Below are positions 1-12,400 of a stretch of 64,000 bases of DNA, piece by piece. The translations under genes were made by a program, and so were the position numbers. How positions within the stretch are numbered: position 1 is the first letter of the stretch; each line of letters opens with the position of its first letter. Source of the DNA: Phallusia mammillata (taxonomy: Eukaryota); contig OZ281498.1 in NCBI GenBank assembly GCA_965637545.1, forward strand, positions 10,168,001 to 10,232,000, given 5' to 3'. The notes beneath the pieces are model-generated. The model did not search any database. It was not told the DNA's origin and saw nothing but the letters and a program-made list of their open reading frames with translations.

Positions 1-3000
1 AATGGACGTCAGGAAAATTCTCAAACACATTTCCTTTATATGTAGCTGACATTTTAAGAGCACATTTTCAGCTTATTTGACAACACAACGTTGTCAAAGC
101 AGTCTGTGCATTAGGGAAGACGGGCACATTAAAATTGATTAGGGTTAACTTCCAGGAAGTAAACAGGTTCAAAACGTCAGTTGCGTCTATTTTAAACCAA
201 CGGGGACAAATTTAAATGCAAAAATATTCAAAAAAACACTTCAATCATATTTCACTCAAAGCCAGATGATTTGTCCATTTCTGAAAATGTCATTTTAATT
301 TTCAATCAATTGACAGTAAGTAAACCTACAGGCATCGAATTTTAAAATGATAAGTCTGTTTTAAGTAAACTTAGACTACTTGTCAATCCTTTAAAAATAC
401 AAATTGAACCCAAACTTATCAATTTAAAATGGAGTATCTAGATTTAACAAACGAATTTTTAATGAGTCAAAAACATTGGTAATGGATCAAAAATGCAAAA
501 CATTACAGCTGCTAAAATAAAGTTTTTTGGCATATTACAGTATGCAGGTAGTCCGGTAAAAGAGGTTCGTTTTGGCAGAGAGAAAAGACACTAAACGTTT
601 GTCACAAGGAACAAGGAAAAGCGATGACGTGGCCAACGAATGGAATAGAAAGCACACGAACTGCTACAGTAAACAATAGGCGGTGATTGCATCTATGGTG
701 TGACTTCAGGCACTGGGGGATTTCGTATATTGTAAGGCGATCCATTATCGGTGGCACACGACGCGTTGGTTGCTGGGGAAATTCCGTTCGCTTAGTCTTT
801 GATCCGGGTTCCCAGTTTCTCAACAACCGATTTAAGACTAGGGGCCTTTACGACGCCTATAGTTCAGTACATATAGAGTAGGTTAGCTTACCCGGAAAAA
901 CTCACATCCAGCAAACCTTCCCAAAACGTGCTTAGACGCCGTTACACCTTGTGCTGAAGAAGCTTTATTGTTTCTTTTTAGGCGGGGATGGGACAAGTTG
1001 AAATAAGATAGATATTAAAAAAGGTTCGTTGTTTTATCGGTCTTATATGTGTTAGGTGATTCTGAACATAAATTCGAATCCAGTTCAAATGTATAACTAT
1101 TAAACAGGACTTGCATAGCACTGGTCTATCGTTTGGCAAATGCATTAAAAAATGCATGGCAAGGAGAGTGTGCAAATACTTGTTATATCTATTTTCTACT
1201 GACAAAACTGCAGCACTGCCATCTTTATCCAAGTCATACCGATATATTTGAGATAAAATCTATAAGGTTTTGTTGCGAGTATGACGTTTTGTGCGTTATA
1301 TTTACCGCATATTTACGAACTCAAAACCGCATATTTACGAACTCAACCCAAAAGGTTTTGCAAAACAAAAAGCGAAATAAGGATTAAAAACCAAAGGACA
1401 TTTTAGACATTTAGAATGCACTGAACACAGCATCGTTATTCCTGTCTCAATAACACAGTGTACTGTTTCATCACGTCCTGTTTCAGGCTGCAGAAATTGT
1501 CAAGAGTCGCGCTTAGCACTTGTTCATCCGCCAAGTACGTAAGAAAACCAAACACACTTTCCGGTTTTATCACCTTTTAACGACTCCAGAGCGCTTGTAT
1601 AAACAGAACGAAGCATCGCGAGGCCAACTAAGGTTAATTTACACAAAATTCAGTACCTAAAACACGTGCACCACAGCACAAAACTACAAAACGTAATCTA
1701 TTTTTTTGCTAGTTTTTCGACGTTGAAATTGTATTGTTGTGCGCTCGCTGGTATAACCATGTCATAATTGGTGAATTAATCGGTTTTGTTGGGGGCTATA
1801 GTGACATAAAGTTTGGTGAAAAAATACTTGCCGTTTTTACGCCGTCTCTGGTAACGTTTTTTCTGTTGCGTTTTCGGTTCGCCGTTGATTTCTTCAGCTG
1901 GAAAATAAACAGGTTTTCTAAATCTTTTTTTCACATTTTAAACCCATTTAACTCAAAAATCGAAACCGTACACACAGGCCGTTTTTTCCAATGAAACCTA
2001 AAACGCTTGTAACAGAAACCGATTTTTCCATCTCAAAACCCTAAACCAAAAATTATCAAAAAGAAACCTTTTATTAAATGTTAACCCTATTTCAAATACC
2101 AAAATGCGAACCTTTTTTAGAAGCCATATTTGGCGTTTCAAGCTCTAAAAAAAACATTAAATTTTTAATATGACATCTAAACTACAGTCAAGCAAAGTGC
2201 TGCTATTTCTGGTTATTGCAGTTTTGTTTTCGTAACCACAACAGCAGTAGCTCAAAATATTAATTAAGCGTTGTTTATGCTCCACCAAACATTAGCGTTG
2301 TCACCCATTCAATATTAGGTTTTAGATAAAAGATCAAATTATTGCTTGAAAAAGATGAAAGGTTACATATGTTACATTACAGACAATTCTGGTTAACCCT
2401 ATGTCAAATTTGTCAAGCTTTGTATGCGGTTACCCTTGAATATACTGTTAAGCATATTTTTTAACAGCAAAAAGGTGGTATTTTCGATTACCATATGCGA
2501 TTAACCAGATTGGCCTGCAATGTTATATCAGGATGTAGAAAAGCTCTGAAAGCACATGCAATTAGCAAAGAAAGTAAGATAGCATGCAAATCGAAAGCGA
2601 CATGCCTGTAGCCGCTTTGGAGTGATTACGCGAGTTTTTGAAGCCATGCGCGTTTCTTCCATAAGAATAGACGTACCATGTTGAATAGACTGTACGATGG
2701 ATTTGATTTTAGCCCCAACGCTATTGCCATCTACATAGAACAACAAAGAAACCACGATGAACCTGATTGCTTAAAACGAGAACTAAATTATTTGTAATTA
2801 ATAGCTGTGCAACATGATTTAAAACACAACACTCACATATGCACACCAGTGATGCTAAAAAACAAGTCAAAAAGGTGAAACCATGTTATTTAAAATGTAA
2901 CTATTTAAACTGTTATTTAAAATGTCCAAATGTCGGTTTCGTTCAAAGAAATATTAATGTGAGGATTAGAATATAATTCATTTAATAGCAATTTTGCAGT

Positions 3001-3474
3001 CACTTCTACATCCTGTTGAGCATCCAATTGTATTCAAACTGGTTACAGTATAATGATGCCTTTTGTTCAGGTTTTTAGGTCAGAAAATTACCGTGATAAT
3101 AAAGTTATTTTCGTAGGTAAAAACTTATCCGTAAAAAGGAAAAGCATACCTAGCACATTGTCGAAAAGCAAAACAAAAAACCTTGGAAATTGTGACAAAT
3201 GCACGACTAATATGGAACGTGTGAGGCTACTTATTCCAAATAAAGTCGCTTAGCAATTATAACCCAAATTATAATTTTATAGCAAGGATTGCTTAAAGTG
3301 TAACCAGATTCCAATTATTCAGCACATTTACAAGTTTAAAGTGTTTAAGACTTATTAGATTTGGTATTTTCCAGTGAAGCAGTTTGGGTGGTTATAAACG
3401 GAAAGAGGTCTGAAGGAAATGTCTATCATGCACTACCAGAATAAAAAATTTCAAACCAACACCTAAATTTATAC

Positions 3475-6400
3475 CTGCTTGTTCGTCAGCCGTGTCAGTT
3501 TCCTCATTATCTGATGTTCTGCGACGACAGGAGCTATTGAAAAATTCCGAGGTGGTTTTTAATTCATCGTTCACGTCTTTCTCTTGCTTGCACGGTTTCA
3601 AGGAATACACGTCAGCTATTTCGAAATCCGCCTTGCCCGCGCTGTCATGTTCCACGGAATTGGTTTCATGCAACTGGGATGAAACAGGCGTAACTTCTGG
3701 GGTGGCGTTTTCTGCGACAGAAGGCATAACTTCCAACATTGGCGTTGAGCTGGGCAAATAAGAAGCAACCAGCGTCGGGTCGTGTCTCCCTGTCAGGGGT
3801 GCAGTGGCCGAGTGACTTAACAAGACATAACGCTCCGTGGTGTGGTTATTGCAATTGTTGCTATTGATGTTGGTTGTTATAGGGGTTCCGCGGTTGGAAT
3901 GCATGCCGATTTCTGAGGTTTCGATTTCATGCAATAGATTTTCGTAGTTACGTTGAATTTCGGTTGACGAAACGGGGTAAGGAGACGCCCCACGAATAAA
4001 CTTTGCCCCCAATGATCCCTGGTCGGACATAGGGCTCTCCGGGGCTGCAAATATGGGGCTGGGATTAGTGGGGCTTGTAACTCGGGGAATTTCTGACCCC
4101 AATGGGGTGATCCAGCCGTTTTTCATACTCGTTGCTTTTTGCATGCGTCTGCTATGACATTGTGGCGATGGTGTGGATGGCGGGTTGTTTAGTTGATGAA
4201 GTAGTAGCGATGGTTGTTTGTTATTTTGGTAAGTCATATTGCTTATCGACATAAAACGCATCAGTGGACCAGTTGTCCCTCCGAGATAGTTTTGAGGGGT
4301 CGACGGTTTTGCTAGCACACTCTGCACGGGGTAAGGAGGTGGTTGCGTTAATTGTTGTGCCAATGGAAAATGGTGTACGAGCGATTGTGGTGACGGAAAA
4401 TTTAGTTGTCCGTTACTGCTGTAGTTCGTTGTTCCAGGAGAGGGTGTACCAGCGGTGACTGGTCTTGTCAACATCTGGGGCAGACTTGCTGATCGGGGTG
4501 AGCCTACACGAACCGATGAAGGTTGAAAGACGGTTTCTTGTTGAACTTTGTTGCTTGATGTAGCTGTTGTACATCGAACGTTTGGCGACGCGACCGACCT
4601 TGTTATGTAAACTCCTTCAGACGTTGGCTGCTGGAGATGATTTGCTTCATTTGTTGGAGCTTGTTTCAAATAACTTTGATTATTTTCGTGCTTAGGCTTC
4701 TTCGAGTTTTTCCCTTTGTCGGTAGAAGAACGCAGTTTTCTTTTCACCGGTTGTGATTTTGGCTTCCTTGTGTTTTTTTTAATCTTTAACTCCTGATCAG
4801 CTTCCATTAGCAACGTGTTATACGAAAACGAGTTGGAAAACATCTGTTCAAGTTATAAAAAAAGACAATCCAGTCAGAATGAATAGGATACCATGCAGTT
4901 TCGTATGGCATTAAACAGGAAGTCGGCATGTCATATGCATGGTGAGGTAAAACAATACAGTCGCGCGAGCATAGCATAAAAAACAGGAAGAGGCTTGAGA
5001 AGCAAACGCTCTGTTATGAATGTCTTCGACACCGACATTTAGTACGCCACACTGTGTTAAATTCAAAATAGTAATAGCACTTATCTACAGCGACAAGTAT
5101 ACCTTGAGGGTAAATGGATAATCGATTTTAATCTGTTTTTCATTAAACGATGTACAAGCAAAATACTTCCATGCACTTCAGTAACTTTGGCATGTGTGTA
5201 TCCAACACTTATGAATAAGATTTTTGTTTCTTAAGAATGTTTAGTCACTTTATTAAATTTTACCGAATAATATGTAAAACATCGTAGAACACAGAAACGC
5301 TGTTGTGCATTAAAACATAACTATGAAGACTATATTTGCAAGGTTTTATTTAACCCATTATCAAAATATAAACTAGAAAAGTGGCTTCCTGAAATACTTC
5401 CATTTTATATATTCTATACGATATTTACCAATTTACTACACTATACACAATTTTATCTACGTACATGATTGTTTTTGCAAGCAAAAACGAATGGGTTCCC
5501 ACACGCGTGTTTATGCGGATTTACGGTAAACCTATGTGGCGGTTATTTTTATATTCTTAAGGACAATTTTTTCACAAAGCATAAACTTAACTTTGAAAGT
5601 TCTTTTCCGTATTCTTTTAGCATCATTATTGTCATATAATTACAAAAAATCGGTGAAAAAAGGACGGGGAAAATACATTCAATTTAATCTCTTGCTTTAA
5701 CCTTGATATTGTGGTTCAACTTCAGTTTTTAAACACAAATTTTCCTAGAAAGCCTTAACTGTTGTATTAGACACTATATAAAAAAGTCGTTTGCTACAAA
5801 GGTATACATAACAACTTGTTTTTCACTTAACTTTGTTTCGCAAAAACGATAGTTTAATGACCTTTTGACACTGTTTTTAATAGCATGCAGTCCTTAGTGT
5901 TCAACAATACCGTTCGGCCTAATTTATACATGACTTAAGTACTGATTCTTGAATTGATTTGGCAAAAATAAAGAAGATACGTTATGACGAAAAATTCGTA
6001 ACGGTGTTGTAATGCCTACAAGTTGACCTTTAGTGACCCATGGTTATGAGACGGCCAAGCTGACAACGAGAATTTGAAGACCATTTATCGCGGCGCTCGA
6101 AAAACTTAAGTTTATTAAATTCCATATTTACCGAAGTACGTTTATCGAGTTCGAATTACGTCTTAGGTGTAAAACCTGCGCCAAAACTGAAAATGCGCGT
6201 GATAACTCAATAAAACGACACAGCATTGCTGCACAAAAAAAAACAGCTGATTAATAATCACCGAAACGACTGTCTCGTAAAACGTCTGTCCGGACGTCAA
6301 GCTGAGCACTCCCGCTCTGCCGCCTTAATCTTAAACCAGTGAATTCCTCCTTAGGGACTTATATCTGACTGATAGCGTACACATATTATGGGTTGTAAAG

Positions 6401-9400
6401 GTAACTGGCAAAATTTTAAATACTAAACGAATATCCTGCTTAAACAATTATTTTTCTGCACCATAGGGCATGTATTTCTGCCTTAAAACTAAAACCGTTT
6501 ATTTCGGGGTTTAAAGGGTAAAAAATGGGTGAATCCGAAAAAAAGATACAAAATTCTTTAAAAAACTTTACACTGCACCAAACAACAAAGCATGAAACTC
6601 CAAAGTGCTGTACTTTAGTCAGTATAGCCGTTTCAAAAATTTTACGTTTTGGGGGCCTGTGGGTGAACCGCTGGGTCAATCGGGGTCAAACTTCACGAGG
6701 ATCAAATTTGGATTATTATCTAACATCTCTGTAAATTTGAATAAATTTGAAGCTTTCTTTCTTGACCAAACGCGTCTCACAAGCCAGCGTTAGACAGAAA
6801 AAAGAAAAAAAAAATACGGACAAAAACAATATGTGTCCCCTTCAGGGAAGGGGAGCCATAATTGGTAACCAACAACACTGCTTTAATATATAGTAGTGGT
6901 TCCCAACCTTTTTGTAGTCACGGACCCCTTCTACAAATTTTATTGGTCCGCGGACCCCCAACGTAATTTAGTCTTGTTATGTTTTTCGTTTCCTGCATTA
7001 TACGTTACTATACTTTCGCATTTGGGGGCAGAATTTAATCAACCTTCACAGTCCTTTAATCTCAATACATTTCTGTACTGTAGCAGTCAATGCAACGAAG
7101 AGATAAATTTTCTGTGTTCAATACTTTAAACAAAGCACAATAAGTTCTATTGTTAATGTGTGTTGTGATGTCACAATGGAGGTAACAATCGAAGTTTTCC
7201 TGATCCAAGGGTTTGATTAACAGTTTGTACTTATATACAAGATTGTAAAAACGGTTTGGGAGCTTAAAAATATTGTACTGATGTTAATGCTACTACAAAT
7301 GTTTGCCTCCACGGACCCCCTGAAACCATCTCACGGACCCCTTGGGGGTCCGCGAACCCCAGGTTGGGAACCACTGATATATAGTGTTAGAGTTTCAATT
7401 ATATGCATATACGGTGGCTTACCACAAACATCCCCTACGAAGGGACTCGACACCTTGTCGTTGGTGTAGGGGCTTACAATCACTAAGATCGAGTCCAACC
7501 CGGTACCCAAACGGCAACGCGCCATCCTGGGTACACGTCTCTCTACTACCTTACTTACTATGATGCTTTACAAAGAAATGAAACAAAATGCTGGATCGAA
7601 CGTGGCCCAGAATAAAAACGTTCGCGTTCCTGCTGACAACCTACAGAGCCCAGCAGGTTCGAAAAATAAGTTAGGCTCCATTGAATTCCGTAACCAGACA
7701 AAGATCCTTTCACTTAACATCGAGGGAAGTTCAATGCCCAAATGCGAATATCTTGGGAAAATCCTCCAACAACACAGAGTCGACATCGCATTACTCCAAG
7801 AAACCCACGCTACAGCAACATCACCGGAATCAAAGACCCGAATACCAGGATACACTCTTATTTCAAAAGTCTGCCATGACAAATACGGGATATGCACTTA
7901 TGCCAGAAACCCTTCTGAAGTAACAGAATTGCAATCAGTTCTAACATCCAACAACACTCACAGATCAGCAGTAAAAATCAAAGAACTAACGGTTGTTAAC
8001 TCATACAAACCACCAAACAAAGAATGGCCGAATCCTCCTCTCCCATCCTTTCCTCACCCCACTGTTTACATTGGGGACTTTAACAGCCACAACACCGACT
8101 GGGGATATAATGAAAACGACAAAGCAGGCGAACAATTAGGACAATGGATAAATGACACGAATCTTCATCTACTATACGACCCCAAAACCCATGGTACCTT
8201 TCATTCCTCAAGATGGAACAAAGATTATTCAACAGATCTATGCCTCGTATCAAAAAACGATAACCTCGATCCATTGCCAGCATCTACGGAAATTCTGCCC
8301 TCCTTTCCACATAGCCAACATCGGCCCATAATAACTACAGTTGGATTAAAAATTCCTATCATCAACTCCCTTCCAAAAAACAGATGGAACTTCGAACAAG
8401 CTAATTGGGAAAACTTTGCCAAAGCCGTGGACCAGACATGCATCCATATTCCTCCATCAGCTCAAACAATACCCAGATTTCACAAACTAGTTTTAAAAAG
8501 TGCAAGACGCTACATTCCAAGAGGTAGACGAAAAAAGTATGTTCCCTGCTGGTCAAAAGAAAGTGAGGCCTTGTTCAAAGCCTACGAAGAAACAAATGAC
8601 AATAATACAGCAGACCAACTATTATCATCGCTTAATAAAGACAGGAGAAACAGATGGATCAGTACAGTTGAAAATCTCGACTTCAAACACTCAAGCCGTA
8701 AAGCATGGGCACTTCTACATAAACTGGACCTTAATTCAACATCAAAGCCCAAAACTGCAGCTCCGATAAGTGCAAACCAAATCGCAAAGGAAATTAAACA
8801 ACGAGGACACCATAAACCAAACCACACTTTTGAAAAATCTGTAAGAAAAGAATATCAACAACTATACCGCACATACACGGAAGATTCCAACCTGTCATCA
8901 CATATACTAATGTCAGAATTAAAAGAGTCGCTAAAGCAAACAAAAGCGAGCAAAGCTGCTGGAATAGATGGAATTTACCCTGAAATGCTGAAACATTTAG
9001 GAAATAACAGTCTTCAATGGCTGAGGACCGCATTGACAGACATTATTCAAACCGGAAAACTTCCCAAAGATTGGAAAATAGCAAAGGTGATAGCAATTTT
9101 GAAACCAGGAAAAGATCCAACCAATCCAAGCAGTTACAGGCCAATTTCTCTTCTATGCTGCACCTACAAAGTTCTGGAAAGAATCATACTTGCCAGAATA
9201 ACGCCACTGGTCGAACCATTCTTACCCTCTGAACAATCTGGGTTTAGAAAACATCGTTGCACCAGTGAACAAGTCCTTGCTTTAACATCACACATTGAAA
9301 CAGGATATGAACTAAAAAACACAACTGGAGCCATATTCGTAGATTTATCAGCTGCCTACGATACAGTATGGCATGATGGTCTTCTACTAAAACTAGCAAA

Positions 9401-12400
9401 AATAATAAAATGCAGAACCATGCTGCGAATCATATCAAAAATGACAGGTACTCGTCGCTTCTACACATGTGTAGGTTCCGACACCAGCAAAACTTTTAAA
9501 ATAAAAAACGGGGTACCTCAGGGCTCCGTACTGGCCCCTACACTATTCAACGTATACATCAGAGACATGCCTAAAACCAAATGTCTTAAATTCGGCTATG
9601 CGGATGACTGGGCACTAACTTATCAAGGAAATTGTCTAACAACGATTCAAAACCAACTCACAGCTGATCTCACCACTCTCCAGGAATACTTCACGACATG
9701 GTATCTACAAATGAACACCACTAAAACAGTGACAACTCTTTTCCATCTGGACAATCACCGCGCAAACCAACAACTGAATATTACAATTGATGGAAAGCAA
9801 CTGCCAACGGACCCCAATCCGAAGTATCTTGGAATAACATTAGACAGAACTTTAAATTATAGACAACATTTGGAGAAACTATCAAACAAGATAAAAACTA
9901 GAAACTCACTGATCAACAAACTAGCAGCCACCAGATGGGGAGCAAGTCAATCAGTCCTGAGAACATCTGCCTTAGCTTTGTGTTACAGCGCCGCAGAATA
10001 CTGTGCTTCGACATGGGAGCGTAGTACTCACACTAAAAAATTGGACATCCAACTGAACAGAACAATGCGAATAATATCAGGAACTCTAAAATCCACCCCT
10101 ATTACATGGCTACCAACAATGAGTGCAATACCTCCCCCACACTTACGACGCAGAGCATCAGCTATGAAGATGATACAGAATCTTCAAACACTTCCCGAGG
10201 AAATTCCCCTCACCAAAATTATAAGACAAGCACCAAAAACACGTAGACTAAAATCCAGGCATCCAATCTACAACTTAGAGACTGACAACACTTTCGATAT
10301 GACTGAAAAATGGAAACAATATTGGTTTAATAACATGCCCGCTGGAGGAGAGCTAGTAGACGACCCAACAACTCCACTGCCAGGTTTCGACTTAGCACAT
10401 AGACGTAACTGGGTAGCAGCGAACCGACTGCGATCAAAACACGCTCGCACTGCCCACATGCTTCAACGCTGGGGCGAAAGAACGAGTTCGGAATGCCCTC
10501 ACTGTGGGGCAGATAAGCAAGACACCGACCATCTTGTCCTAAAATGCCCCACAACCAAGTTACAAGGTGGATATCGGACCGTACATGAATGCGATACAGC
10601 ATTTAGCGACTGGTTTCAAAATATATCCGATCACATCTAAGTTTTTTTGAGACGTGGAAACCATACGACAATATATATATACCACAAACATTAAAAATGG
10701 GAAATTCAAATTACTGTATGTATATACATATATTTCAGACACATAATATTATAACACCACCAGCAATACCTGAATAATGTTTTCATCTAGGACGTTGATA
10801 GGTTGGTAGGTTTTGACGCTAACAAATTTCGACAAATCACAACTGGGCACTCCAAACGTTTCCATGTAGTATTTCTAAACAGACAAATGTACATTTTAAA
10901 TCTCTTCTTCTAAGCGTTAAATCGCGACTAATTACCAGTTAATTTTTAGTTTAGTATTATGAAAAAAGGTCTACTTTTCGGACTCTTGCATAAAGTGGAA
11001 ATACAGTAACAGCAAATGTTTTTTCCACAGTTAATCAAATGAAAAACAACTTAAACCAACATAGTGCAAATACAGTGAGAGATTTGTTGATTCTAATGTG
11101 CTAAGCAAAATATTTTATATGTACGTATAAACCAGTGTTTTCATTCTTTGCTTAAATGCTGCCCTTTTTCATTTTATATTTTGTAAATGCTTACCGGTAG
11201 AATCTTGTTCAGGAAATCATCCATGTATATCATTTCATTCAACCTCGGATCATTCATGTTGCCCAAACAAGAGGCAATAGGACTCCGGCTACTTATCATC
11301 GGGTCATATATCGACGTGTACACCCGCACAAAAAACTCGTTCGCCGGAAAGGTTGGAATGTCGTCTTGTTCCAACTGTTTGCGAAACAATGCAGGTTGTA
11401 TCCCAACAACAAACGCCACGTCTCGTACCCTTACTAATGAAACATCGAGACGTTTCGGCATCGGTTGTTGCCCGTTGACTGGAGGGTTTTCGGGTGCGCA
11501 ATACAGGCGAGTTTGAACGTAACAGATTCGACGCTTGCGAAACTTTATGGGGTGCGTTTGCAGGGGGTCGTTGTGTTTAAGAAAACGGCTGGGTGAATGC
11601 ATTTCAATTTCAACTATGCCATGAAAGTCATTTGCTTCGGAAATGCGTGGAGCAGGTTTGGAAAGTCGGACCACCTGATTGGTCATCTTTGCAAGGTTGG
11701 GTTCACCTTGGGTCAGCGTAAGAGCACCAGTGTGGATGGACGGTTGGACAGTGGACAGCTCTGCTCTTTTAGCGGTGACAGTACGGGTGATGTTTTCTAT
11801 TCAAACACAGCATTATTATTTCAAATGAAGGCTACTTTTAAGATTAGCCTACATGTTTGTAATATACAAAGTTATTTTGTACATAGTTGACAGTCAATCT
11901 AAGGTAACAGAATTAACCAAGTTTTGTTAGGCTTCAATGAACTATCCGCAAAGGGCAACAACAGTAATCATGCATTTACATAACGCACCTGTTTGGGATT
12001 TGACTATTTCATCGTTGGTTTCCATCAAACAGGGACTGATGCAGTGTTCCTTGAATACATCTGACTCGACACTTTGCTTTGAAACCTTGTGTAAAAGAAA
12101 AATAACGGTCGTTAAAGTATGTATTTGATGTCAAATGTAAGTAACTTGCACAACTTTTAGACTATACGCGTGGAACACAGCAAAGGTACCTTTCGTTTTT
12201 TGATGGCATTCTCTGGTGTCCTTTCGACATCTTGTTTTTCAGTTTCCGATTCTTTGTTGCAGTCTTCCAACGTTCGAGTTCGTTTTCGATCATTTTCCAA
12301 AGATTTTGATTTCTCTTCAGCAACATTCATTTCAACTTTCAAAGACTTCTTCTCTCCCAGTGGTACTTTTTCCTGATTAGGTAGTGTCGATGGGTCGACG

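Larger units (their letters stand above)
7432..10680 (+). mobile_element. Full-length Ingi/Vingi-like (I-group) non-LTR retrotransposon
   Basis: TSD ACCACAAACAT at 7421-7431 and 10681-10691 (12 bp if the preceding T is counted); single ORF, no ORF1 or RNase H; 3' end CCATACGACAA(TA)n; antisense within a host intron. Clade assignment is from motif memory, not a phylogeny. Confidence 0.93.

Noticed and set aside
1-3400. Further 3' exons of the RS gene or a separate gene
   Set aside because: Several exon-like pieces (3248-3182/3150, 2763-2607, ~1887-1822) exist, but alternative donors and GC sites give conflicting frames; left unresolved
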